A stretch of DNA of 64,000 nt from IMG/VR virus record IMGVR_UViG_3300034104_003304, positions 1 through 64,000 of that record; one strand, 5' to 3'. Origin of the DNA: a virus. The position numbers and the translations under genes were made by a program. The notes under the pieces were generated by a model. That model had not been told where the DNA came from. It was given only the letters and a program-made list of their open reading frames with translations, and did not search any database. Of this stretch, positions 29,305-37,005 are shown one piece after another (position 1 is the first letter of the stretch; the number at the start of each line of letters is the position of its first letter).

Positions 29305-29475
29305 ATGCGATACGATTTTGATGATGTCAACGCGATTCTCTCTGCTCTTGCCGATGCGGACATTGTGGAACCGGTGGTCGAGCCGATTGATGATCCTAGC
29401 GTGGAAGTTGATTTTTGGGATTGGGCCGATGTGGTTGGTGTGGTTGACGAGTTTGTTCCAGAGGAGTACGTGTGA
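29305..29475 (+). CDS. Small acidic protein (56 aa)
   Basis: Manual translation MRYDFDDVNAIL...VPEEYV; AGGAG RBS; below the ORF-track cutoff. Confidence 0.65.
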   Translation: MRYDFDDVNAILSALADADIVEPVVEPIDDPSVEVDFWDWADVVGVVDEFVPEEYV

Positions 29476-29544
29476 TGCCGATACTGTTTATTGTTGCTTA
29501 CTTTTGTTTTTTCTATCTTGCAACCATTATTGAGGACTAATAAC

Positions 29545-29781
29545 ATGAGCCACCCTGACCCGTTGTTCGATGCCGATAACTCTTACGAGGATGATGACAT
29601 GGAAATCCATGATGATACCGCTGATGCTCTATATGATGATTACCACGACTTCCATAATGATAGCATGGATGGCGATCACGATTCCGCGATGACTTCCTGC
29701 GGATGGGGAACCGATGAGAATTACGGTCATTATGGTGATGACATTGAATCTTTCCACGATTACTATGGAGATGATTGCTGA
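29545..29781 (+). CDS. Extremely acidic small protein
   Basis: 78 aa, 26 D/E, no K/R; GAGG RBS. Confidence 0.7.
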   Translation: MSHPDPLFDADNSYEDDDMEIHDDTADALYDDYHDFHNDSMDGDHDSAMTSCGWGTDENYGHYGDDIESFHDYYGDDC

Positions 29782-30185
29782 TGAACTATCGCAAAATTGC
29801 TACCGGTATGATCGAAGCAACGTATGATAATTATAAGGATTGGAAAAAGAATGAAGACTTTGACTTGATTGAAGAATTGAATGCTCACAATGATGACATT
29901 CCAGTATGGCGTGACATGAGTGACAATACTAAGTGTGCCGCTATTGAGTATGTATACAAGAATCGTAAGACTATTGAGCTACACTCTGGATGTGTTGAGG
30001 CTTGGGTTCAAGCTACGGCGTATTTCATGTTGTATAGCTGTGCTACTTGTATGATTCACGACGGAGAGCCATCTTTAGAAATGTTTTTTGATGATATGGA
30101 TTTCATGATGGATGAAGACATTCTTGAAGATAGTGATGTTCAAGAGGCGTTGGGAATTAGTTCTGATTTTACTGGTAAGTTTTAA
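29781..30185 (+). CDS. Acidic hypothetical protein
   Basis: Translationally coupled ORF. Confidence 0.65.
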   Translation: MNYRKIATGMIEATYDNYKDWKKNEDFDLIEELNAHNDDIPVWRDMSDNTKCAAIEYVYKNRKTIELHSGCVEAWVQATAYFMLYSCATCMIHDGEPSLEMFFDDMDFMMDEDILEDSDVQEALGISSDFTGKF

Positions 30186-30198
30186 ATAGAAAGTATAT

Positions 30199-30435
30199 AT
30201 GAACATTGGATATCAAAAATTTGTAGAGTTTGATAACGGCTATACCGCTAGCGTTGTATGTAATGATATGAGCTACGGTAGTGATCGTGGACTATTTGAG
30301 ATTGCAGTATTAGTAAACAATGAGATTGTATACGATACGCCCGTTGCTCACGGTGTAGTCGGCTTTCTTGATTTTCAAGAGGTAGCAGACACACTCAAAC
30401 AAATTGAGCAACTTCCTAGACGTAAACCCTTGTGA
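30199..30435 (+). CDS. Conserved small phage protein
   Basis: FDNGYTASVV...SYG...GLFEIAVL; ends RKPL* inside element 5. Confidence 0.7.
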   Translation: MNIGYQKFVEFDNGYTASVVCNDMSYGSDRGLFEIAVLVNNEIVYDTPVAHGVVGFLDFQEVADTLKQIEQLPRRKPL

Positions 30436-30502
30436 ATAAAGGACTTACGACTCGGCGGGCGGGGGAAATTTGTCCTAAGTCCTTATCTGACATATACTTA
30501 CG
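30421..30502. repeat. 82-bp paired-palindrome element copy 5
   Basis: cgtaaaccctt-gtgaata-aaggacttacg / 24 bp / cctaagtcctt-atctgac-atatacttacg. Confidence 0.9.
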
Positions 30503-30675
30503 ACGAGTTTTTGATTAAAGAAAGTGCTTGACAGGTGTCGATACATAGGGTAGACTACACTAGGAGGATCATATGAGTAAAATTGTAGACGATAGAGAGT
30601 ATGTGCAACCTGAGCAGGATACGATAGATTTTCTGGTTTACGCAGAATATATAAACTGGCAACTTAGGCAAATTG

Positions 30676-30810
30676 GGCAAGATGTGAGAGATGCGATATC
30701 TAGGCAAGATGGGCAATCTGGGTAAGATAGGGGGTTTGGGAGGTTTGGGTAAAGTGGGGAGTATTTGCTAAACTATACCGGTCATATGTTTTTCCGCATA
30801 GTCAGCCAAA
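30676..30810 (+). repeat. Degenerate 9-bp-period GG-led array with conserved tail
   Basis: ggcaagatg ggcaatctg ggtaagata gggggtttg ggaggtttg ggtaaagtg. Confidence 0.55.
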
Positions 30811-30821
30811 AGGAGATTTTT

Positions 30822-30983
30822 ATGAAGAATGTTCATGTGTATGATATCCTGTCAGAAGATGGTGTTGCCCTTCAAGATCTGATTATCCCTATGGATATTG
30901 GATATGAGTGGATGGACGTTTTTGAGAAGGTTCAAGGAGCATACCTTGACAACGTAGAGAGCTACAGTTATACTGAGATTTGA
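30822..30983 (+). CDS. Small acidic hypothetical protein
   Basis: AGGAG RBS, ATG 30822. Confidence 0.55.
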   Translation: MKNVHVYDILSEDGVALQDLIIPMDIGYEWMDVFEKVQGAYLDNVESYSYTEI

Positions 30984-30989
30984 CGGTTC

Positions 30990-31062
30990 GGGTCATTAGC
31001 TCAATCGGCAGAGCATCGGACTTTTAATCCGTAGGTTGAAGGTTCAAGTCCTTCATGACCCA
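30990..31062 (+). tRNA. tRNA-Lys(TTT)
   Basis: Cloverleaf; anticodon loop CTTTTAA; GGTTCAAGTCC T-arm. Confidence 0.9.
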
Positions 31063-31135
31063 TTGACATTGTTAAGGATTGTGAGTATAATATGAGGATG
31101 CGTCGTATTCACAAATATGAACTAAGGAGTAGGTT

Positions 31136-31390
31136 ATGTCTTGGCGAGATGAATTCTTTTTCTATAAGGGATATAATTGCAGGATCGAACACGAATACGA
31201 AGAAGATAACATCAAAGCATGGCATATCGTGGTTGGTCCAGATGGTAAAGAAATTACTGCCGACATAACTCCTTATGACAGTTCTACTGAAACACTACGC
31301 TTGTGGATTGACGCTGGTATGCCTAAACGTATTAACAATGGACCACTTCATCGTGAAGAACTGGAGAAGATGATCTATGAGCGAGCCTAA
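31136..31390 (+). CDS. Hypothetical protein
   Basis: AGGAG RBS, upstream sigma70 promoter. Confidence 0.65.
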   Translation: MSWRDEFFFYKGYNCRIEHEYEEDNIKAWHIVVGPDGKEITADITPYDSSTETLRLWIDAGMPKRINNGPLHREELEKMIYERA

Positions 31391-31532
31391 TGTCTATTAT
31401 ATCTATAACGAATACGTATTGGGCGACGTAGATTATTATGAGGATATCTACGAAGAAATTATTGAGTATGATGACTCCAATGAGTGGTACAATATTGATG
31501 AAGCGGAGGCTGATGTTTGAGTTGCGATGGTT

Positions 31533-31605
31533 GCCGATGTAACTCAGTTGGTAGAGTAGCAGTTTTGTAAACTGCCTGTCATCAGTTCGATTCTGATCAT
31601 CGGCT
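31533..31605 (+). tRNA. tRNA-Thr(TGT)
   Basis: gcagt-TTTGTAA-actgc. Confidence 0.9.
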
Positions 31606-31606
31606 C

Positions 31607-31677
31607 TCTGGGGTAGTGTAACGGTAGCACTAGAGATTTTGGTTCTCTTTGTCTGGGTTCGAATCCTAGCCCCAGAA
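31607..31677 (+). tRNA. tRNA-Gln(TTG)
   Basis: agaga-TTTTGGT-tctct. Confidence 0.88.
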
Positions 31678-31685
31678 TTAGATAT

Positions 31686-31757
31686 TGTCCGATAGCTCAA
31701 CGGTAGAGTAGGCGGCTGTTAACCGCTTGGTTCTAGGTTCGAATCCTAGTCGGACAG
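31686..31757 (+). tRNA. tRNA-Asn(GTT)
   Basis: gcgg-CTGTTAA-ccgc. Confidence 0.9.
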
Positions 31758-31760
31758 CTT

Positions 31761-31847
31761 GGAAGAATGGCAGAGTGGTCTAATGCACCGGTTTACTAAA
31801 CCGGCGAACCTTAATTGGTTCCGTGGGTTCGAATCCTACTTCTTCCG
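31761..31847 (+). tRNA. tRNA-Ser(ACT), unusual A34 anticodon
   Basis: ccggt-TTACTAA-accgg, long variable arm, G73. Confidence 0.82.
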
Positions 31848-31849
31848 TT

Positions 31850-31922
31850 GGCCCTATCGTCTAGTGGACTAGGACACTACCCTTTCACGGTAGATACTGG
31901 AGTTCGAATCTCCATAGGGTCA
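31850..31922 (+). tRNA. tRNA-Glu(TTC)
   Basis: ctacc-CTTTCAC-ggtag. Confidence 0.9.
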
Positions 31923-31927
31923 TTAAT

Positions 31928-32001
31928 GGGAGCGTAGATCAATTGGTTAGATCGCTAGCCTGTCACGCTAGAGGTTGCGGGTTCAAGTCCCGTCGCTCTC
32001 G
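31928..32001 (+). tRNA. tRNA-Asp(GTC)
   Basis: ctagc-CTGTCAC-gctag. Confidence 0.9.
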
Positions 32002-32011
32002 TTTTATTTGA

Positions 32012-32093
32012 TGTAAGTCTATATTTGACAAGTGTTTAGGACATGCGGGGCGGGCCGCGTTTTTCATAAGTCCTTATCTACCAACACTTTACG
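32012..32093. repeat. 82-bp paired-palindrome element copy 6
   Basis: tgtaagtctat-atttgac-aagtgtttagg / 24 bp / cataagtcctt-atctacc-aacactttacg. Confidence 0.88.
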
Positions 32094-32104
32094 ATCAATC
32101 TCTC

Positions 32105-32121
32105 TAGCAAATATCATGCCA
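32105..32121 (-). promoter_or_regulatory. Sigma54 motif facing element 6
   Basis: Minus strand TGGCATGATATTTGCTA. Confidence 0.65.
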
Positions 32122-32194
32122 GAGATTTTTCTAAAGATTTCTCTTGACCATGCCGATTTATATGGTATGATGAGTGGACACAAGGGAGAATGAT

Positions 32195-32899
32195 ATGAAA
32201 ACTGCTGATGGTAATGATAAGTTGGGTAAGGGTTGCATTGTGGTTTCGCGTCCAGTTGGCGATACTTGCCCGCCCGATTGCGACTATCTTGGAAACGGAT
32301 GCTATGCCGAAGCTACTGAAAACCAGTATAAGAATGCCCGCACGGCTGGTTTTGCGAATGTCGTGACGGAGAAGAATAAGATTCGGGCGATGATTCTTGA
32401 CGCTAAAAAGCGTGAGAAGTCTATCCGTTGGCATGAACGGGGCGATTGGTTTCTCAATGGCGAACTTGACCTAGACTATGTTGCTAATGTAACGTGGGCT
32501 TGTGAGAGTATCCTTGCCGATGGTGATACTTTGCCCGATATGTGGTTTTATACTCATATTTATGATTCCCGGCTTGTGAGTCTGGAAAAGTATATGAATG
32601 TATACGCTAGTGTGCATGACGATAACGATATGGGCGAAGCAATGGCCCAAGGTTTCAAACTGTTCGCATGGTGCGATAGTGATATGAAAGTTGCTCCCAA
32701 GCGTCCTAAGAGCAAAGTCAAAGCCGAAGCGTGGAGAAAAGAACTTCCTAAGATGGTAGTTCTCAATGCTACCAAATTCGTGGTATGCCCAGAAATCCGT
32801 CGCGGTCGCTCGGAAATCACTTGCACTGGCACTAAAGATAGTCTATCATGTGACATGTGCGTTCGTGGTCTGGCTAACGTATTATTTCCCGCCCATTGA
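32195..32899 (+). CDS. Cys-rich phage protein (gp88-like, possible Fe-S/radical-SAM-related)
   Basis: TCPPDC...GCYA, IRWHERGDW, WFYTH, C-terminal CPE...C...CDMC...FPAH. Confidence 0.6.
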   Translation: MKTADGNDKLGKGCIVVSRPVGDTCPPDCDYLGNGCYAEATENQYKNARTAGFANVVTEKNKIRAMILDAKKREKSIRWHERGDWFLNGELDLDYVANVTWACESILADGDTLPDMWFYTHIYDSRLVSLEKYMNVYASVHDDNDMGEAMAQGFKLFAWCDSDMKVAPKRPKSKVKAEAWRKELPKMVVLNATKFVVCPEIRRGRSEITCTGTKDSLSCDMCVRGLANVLFPAH

Positions 32900-32910
32900 A
32901 AGGATATAAA

Positions 32911-33441
32911 ATGACGATTGTTGGGAAGTATGAGAACGAAGGGTCGATGAGTGCTTTCTATGTTATAGATAACAAACGGGGCTTCAAAGAGTTCTGCGAC
33001 AAGTATGAAGCAGAGTATGCCCATAGTGTTCAATCTAAACTGGAAAGTTATGATATGGCTCCATATGTTATGAGTCAAGTTGGCAAGATTCGTAAGAGTA
33101 ATGGCGACCTATCATATTGGGGATATATTACAGAGATTGCAGAGACTATTGGCTGCGGTGGTAATAGTTGTAGCTGCGGCGAGTGTGATGATGATCTACA
33201 ATTTATGTATGATAAAAAGATTTGTAAACTTGCCCATGAGATGATGTATGTGGCCGGTGTAGAGTTTATGGATAGTCATATCGGTAATGTGGGATTCGTG
33301 CGACGTAATGGTAAGAAAGTCTTAGTATGTATTGATTTTGGTACAGAGAGCGTGTGTGACGAAGATTGTAGTATTGACCCATATGATGACGAAGAATGTA
33401 ACTGCCTAGTTTGTAAACAGCAAAGGGGATCGAATGTCTAA
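32911..33441 (+). CDS. Minimal protein-kinase-like fold protein
   Basis: DSHIGNVG catalytic-loop-like and CIDFG motifs. Confidence 0.55.
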   Translation: MTIVGKYENEGSMSAFYVIDNKRGFKEFCDKYEAEYAHSVQSKLESYDMAPYVMSQVGKIRKSNGDLSYWGYITEIAETIGCGGNSCSCGECDDDLQFMYDKKICKLAHEMMYVAGVEFMDSHIGNVGFVRRNGKKVLVCIDFGTESVCDEDCSIDPYDDEECNCLVCKQQRGSNV

Positions 33442-33664
33442 GTATTATATTCAGTGTGGAAGTCTACAACTTATTTTCAGTACAAATAAATCAGAGAGTG
33501 AAGCGGCAGCACAAGTATTGTGGGAAACTAACGAGCATGATGTATTAGATGAATATTTTTATATAGATGAGCGTGGATATCGTGACTATACTAGTGCAGA
33601 TAAACACACTCAAGTTATTCCTACAGAAGTTATTGTTAAACTCGCAAACTGGGAGATGGAATGA
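33434..33664 (+). CDS. Hypothetical protein
   Basis: Coupled ORF. Confidence 0.6.
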   Translation: MSKYYIQCGSLQLIFSTNKSESEAAAQVLWETNEHDVLDEYFYIDERGYRDYTSADKHTQVIPTEVIVKLANWEME

Positions 33665-33820
33665 ATTATTATTTAGAAAAGCATGATATGGAAATTATTC
33701 TGGACGCTCTTGAGTGTTTGAACGAACACATAAAAAATAATAATAGCCCTTATCCTTGGACGGTTGAGGATGTTGATTCACTTTTTCAGAGTTTTGATAA
33801 TTCTGGCGATGAATAATTGA

Positions 33821-33902
33821 CGTAAACCCTTGCTACCATTGGACTTATGGCAAGCGGGGCCGGGGTTTTTTGACGTAAACCCTTACCAGATAAAGACTTA
33901 GA
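33821..33902. repeat. 82-bp paired-palindrome element copy 7
   Basis: cgtaaaccctt-gctacca-ttggacttatg / 24 bp / cgtaaaccctt-accagat-aaagacttaga. Confidence 0.9.
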
Positions 33903-33920
33903 GAAAGTTTTGAGAAAGCC

Positions 33921-33948
33921 TAAAGGTCTAGGCGTAGAGTGTCGATAA
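33921..33948 (+). promoter_or_regulatory. Stand-alone sigma28-like promoter
   Basis: TAAAG-N15-GTCGATAA, no TTGACA. Confidence 0.55.
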
Positions 33949-33988
33949 CTAGTGTATGGACAAGAAGTGTGTAAAAAGGAGTGGAGAG

Positions 33989-34351
33989 ATGATTCAGTGG
34001 GTTGGGGTATTGATTACCCTCGTTGGTTTGGCGTATACGGGACTGAAAGATTACCAAAAAGGTGATATTAAATTCCCCCAAATGCCACAGAAACCGGCCT
34101 TGACAAAGGTGGTTTATCCGGTACAATATTGTTTAATGGCTTACGATCCGAATGTCGATAAAGTCTTTTACCTACATGAGAATGGAATATGGCATGACTA
34201 TGCACCACAACAGCGAAGATATGAATCCACGCCGCAACGTAATCAAACTCAAGGTCAAGAAGCCTTGGGAAATGGCTACGGGACACAGAGAGCATCGGGA
34301 TACAGTTATGGACAATCGGCCCAAGCGTCAACGAACACGCAAAGATATTGA
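33989..34351 (+). CDS. Membrane-anchored hypothetical protein
   Basis: GGAG RBS; N-terminal hydrophobic helix. Confidence 0.55.
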   Translation: MIQWVGVLITLVGLAYTGLKDYQKGDIKFPQMPQKPALTKVVYPVQYCLMAYDPNVDKVFYLHENGIWHDYAPQQRRYESTPQRNQTQGQEALGNGYGTQRASGYSYGQSAQASTNTQRY

Positions 34352-34511
34352 AAAGAGGTGGCGAGATGAGTACAATATGTAGTGAGTGTGGCAGCAGCAA
34401 CATAGGATATGATGCTTGGGTTGATAAGGATGGTAATGTAGTTGGTGGGCCATACGACAATTCCATGTGTATGGATTGTTCATCATCGAACATAACACAG
34501 AAAGAAATATA

Positions 34512-34841
34512 ATGCCATATATTGATGAAACAAGCCGCAAGATATTAGACCGGTCTATAGATGATCTTGCTAACATAATTACTAATCATAGTGAGCTTAA
34601 TAATGAAGATGTGATATCAGTGTTGGGCGATCTTAATTACTGTATGACTAGGCTAATTGGGCAAGTAATGGGAAGTACGTCATATGCGAAGATTGCAATG
34701 ATCACGGGCGTTGTTGAGAATGTAAAACAAGAATTCTACCGCCGAGTAGCCGTACCTTACGAAGAAGAGAAGATTGTTCAGAACGGCGACATCAAAGAAT
34801 ATAAAAATCGACACTTGACAGGACGAAATAAGATAGTATAA
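34512..34841 (+). CDS. Conserved small phage protein (MPYI family)
   Basis: MPYI...GDLNYCMTRL...ENVKQEFYRRVAVPYEEEKI.QNGD. Confidence 0.75.
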   Translation: MPYIDETSRKILDRSIDDLANIITNHSELNNEDVISVLGDLNYCMTRLIGQVMGSTSYAKIAMITGVVENVKQEFYRRVAVPYEEEKIVQNGDIKEYKNRHLTGRNKIV

Positions 34842-34842
34842 T
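34815..34842 (+). promoter_or_regulatory. Sigma70 promoter upstream of the ncRNA array
   Basis: TTGACA-N16-TATAAT. Confidence 0.75.
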
Positions 34843-34850
34843 AAAAAGAC

Positions 34851-34933
34851 AAGCAGATGAGGGCCGCTGGCAGAATGATATCAAAGTAGCCACGGTTAAA
34901 TGGCTGTCGAGTATGGCTCAACCCTATCTGCTT
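34851..34933 (+). ncRNA. Candidate structured RNA 1
   Basis: Closing stem aagcagat.aggg/ccct.atctgctt; internal tagcca/tggctg hairpin. Confidence 0.6.
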
Positions 34934-34946
34934 TATAATACAATCA

Positions 34947-35084
34947 TCGTGGGTCCATGCCTTGGACTAGGTTGGGTAACTCATTACGATAAGCATCGCA
35001 TGTCGCGGCAGCGATGATGCTGACAGTGCCGGTTACGCACTGGATAGTAGTGCCAATCTATGGGGGATCGCGTCCTCACCACGT
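34947..35084 (+). ncRNA. Candidate structured RNA 2 (multi-branch)
   Basis: cgtgg/ccacg closing stem; gtcca/tggac, taggttgg/ccaatcta, agcatc/gatgct, cagtgc/gcactg, gggga/tcctc. Confidence 0.65.
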
Positions 35085-35093
35085 TTATAATAC

Positions 35094-35279
35094 AACCAGT
35101 AACCGCTTCCAAGAGCCAGATGAATCATATAGCATGGCGCAATGTGAAAGATTCTAGGGAGGATTTCCGTGGGCGGTTTCCAACGAGAGAACCCCATTGG
35201 GAGGGTGGGTTTGAGGTTCCCAACAACAAACCTAACTAGAGTTGGATAATAGAACCGGATCGTAAAAGGTTCGCTGGTT
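35094..35279 (+). ncRNA. Candidate structured RNA 3 (possible pseudoknot)
   Basis: aaccag.aacc/ggtt..ctggtt closing stem; gaatc/gattc; cggtt-tccaac/gttgga-aaccg; ttggga/tcccaa with loop ggtttg complementary to caaacc. Confidence 0.65.
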
Positions 35280-35460
35280 TACAATACAAAGGATAAGAGA
35301 TGACTAAAGAAGAAGCGACAGTATTTATTCTTAGGGTTCTTAAAAACCCCATGATGATTATGAGTCCCGATAAAACTAAAGCTATGAACCTAGCAGCAGA
35401 GCATAACATTAGTGGTATCGATCTGATTAAAGCCTACGAAAATATTGTTATGAGGATATA

Positions 35461-35730
35461 ATGCAGTGGATTAGTTTCTTTGAAAAGCAACCAGAAGATG
35501 GTCAAGGTATCTGGTATTATGGTGAGATGATTGGTGTGTGGGCTGGTGAGTATTCTTATTCTGAGAATGATCCGTTCAGTCCACATCTTATATTTTGTCA
35601 TGAATCTCCCGGTCTGGTTGACCGAATGGATGCTCCGTGGTGGATGCCAGATGATGGAGCGATGAACAGGCCAATTAAACCATCAAAAGATTATCCAGAC
35701 GATTATCCAGCCCTTGACAAACTAAAATAA
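35461..35730 (+). CDS. Hypothetical protein (DUF551-like N-terminus)
   Basis: MQWISFFEKQPE...WWMP. Confidence 0.6.
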   Translation: MQWISFFEKQPEDGQGIWYYGEMIGVWAGEYSYSENDPFSPHLIFCHESPGLVDRMDAPWWMPDDGAMNRPIKPSKDYPDDYPALDKLK

Positions 35731-35747
35731 GCCTGTATAATAGGTAT

Positions 35748-36161
35748 ATGAAACCAAAACCATTACACGCTGAAGTTCGATTCCATCTTGCTAGTGGTAA
35801 AAACTATATGCACTGGCAAGTCAAGGTCATGCAGGGCAGGAAAAAGGTTGATGTCTATTACTACGATCCTGCTGACTATCAACTAGAGATGATTAACTGC
35901 AAGCTGGTTAACAAAGTAAATAAGGCTAAGAAGGTTAACAAGGCTGGCAAGAAAGATGTGGCAGGATGGGTAAAGTGTGACGAAGTTATTCTTACCAAAG
36001 AATCTTCTGTTGACAACCTTGAACGTGTGTTTTATAATCCTATTCGTGATGTTCACTGGCGACGAGAAAGTGACGCTGGTGAATTCGCTTGGGATGATAC
36101 TGAGTACGCTACGCTAATTACCAATAACAAACAAGTTTATATCTTAGAGGAAAGAACATGA
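35748..36161 (+). CDS. Hypothetical protein (near-leaderless)
   Basis: ATG just after TTGACA...TATAAT; VRFHLASGKNYMHWQVK, YNP motif. Confidence 0.7.
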   Translation: MKPKPLHAEVRFHLASGKNYMHWQVKVMQGRKKVDVYYYDPADYQLEMINCKLVNKVNKAKKVNKAGKKDVAGWVKCDEVILTKESSVDNLERVFYNPIRDVHWRRESDAGEFAWDDTEYATLITNNKQVYILEERT

Positions 36162-36541
36162 TTAACGTTGAAATGACCGTTCGTGAAGCTGTCAATCTGG
36201 TGAGCAATGGTTGCGGTCTGGATATGTACGAGCGTATCGTTCAAGCTCTTGAAGCGAAGTGTGGCGAACTCAAGGCTATTATGACCGTGCGTTACGTTCC
36301 ACGGGATAGTTTCATTCCCTGTATCAAGATCATTCGTAATCATCTTGGTTGGGGTCTTAAGGAAACTAAGGACTTCCTTGATGTGGTCCGTGGTGGTTGG
36401 GATAGTATCGTCAATGATTATGTTGACGGTAAGCCTAACTCCATGACTAACGATAGTGATGTGATCATCAAGATTGCGTCTGAACTTCGTTCTCAGGGGT
36501 GTACGGTGGATGTGAAAGATGCTGAACGTAAACCCTTGTAG
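36158..36541 (+). CDS. Ribosomal protein bL12 C-terminal-domain-like protein
   Basis: IPCIKIIRNHLGWGLKETKDFLD resembles bL12 IKAVR..TGLGLKEAKDLVE; ends RKPL* in element 8. Confidence 0.6.
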   Translation: MINVEMTVREAVNLVSNGCGLDMYERIVQALEAKCGELKAIMTVRYVPRDSFIPCIKIIRNHLGWGLKETKDFLDVVRGGWDSIVNDYVDGKPNSMTNDSDVIIKIASELRSQGCTVDVKDAERKPL

Positions 36542-36608
36542 GATATAGACTTAGGGCAAACGGGGCGGGCCGCGTTCGTCGTAAGTCCTTTGCTACCAAT
36601 GACTTATG
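36527..36608. repeat. 82-bp paired-palindrome element copy 8
   Basis: cgtaaaccctt-gtaggat-atagacttagg / 24 bp / cgtaagtcctt-tgctacc-aatgacttatg. Confidence 0.9.
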
Positions 36609-36714
36609 ACCAATCTCAAAAAATTTTTCAAGTTCCCTATTGACTATGGACGATACTATGGTAGAATGATTGAAGTTACGGGATTGATAACCACTAAAGA
36701 AAAGAGGATTGATT

Positions 36715-36972
36715 ATGCAGAAGTTTACGTTTGTTGTTGATATTGTTACGGATTCGCCCGCTGGTATTGAGCCTAGTGCTGTCGCTGGTACGCTTCTCGC
36801 GTCTGTTGATGGCATCGGCAATCTGGCCGCTGTTCATCCGGTCAAGGTGACGGCTCTCAAGGAGCAGGGTTTCAAGGTGTGGCGAGCTAGGGTCGCTGGC
36901 ATCACTGAGGAATCGGTGAATCCCAAGCCCGTCAAGGCTGAAAAGGTGGCGACCGAAGTTGCTGCCTCTTGA
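36715..36972 (+). CDS. Small hypothetical protein, strongly biased codons
   Basis: GAGGA RBS and upstream promoter. Confidence 0.7.
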   Translation: MQKFTFVVDIVTDSPAGIEPSAVAGTLLASVDGIGNLAAVHPVKVTALKEQGFKVWRARVAGITEESVNPKPVKAEKVATEVAAS

Positions 36973-36977
36973 TTTTC

Positions 36978-37005
36978 TCAAGTCCACAGAGTAAAATGCC
37001 GATAA
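36978..37005 (+). promoter_or_regulatory. Stand-alone sigma28-like promoter
   Basis: TCAAG-N15-GCCGATAA (perfect FliA -10). Confidence 0.6.

Noticed and set aside
31332-31700. Minus-strand ORF over the tRNA cluster (also 53007-53300 over tmRNA)
   Set aside because: They overlap well-formed RNA genes on the opposite strand; spurious.
31761-31847. Amber suppressor (CTA) reading of the Ser tRNA, or stop-codon recoding
   Set aside because: The 5-bp stem fixes a 7-nt loop with ACT at 34-36, and known genes are intact and end normally in code 11.
34851-34933. Hammerhead ribozyme in RNA unit 1
   Set aside because: It has CAGATGA rather than CTGATGA and no properly placed GAAA core.
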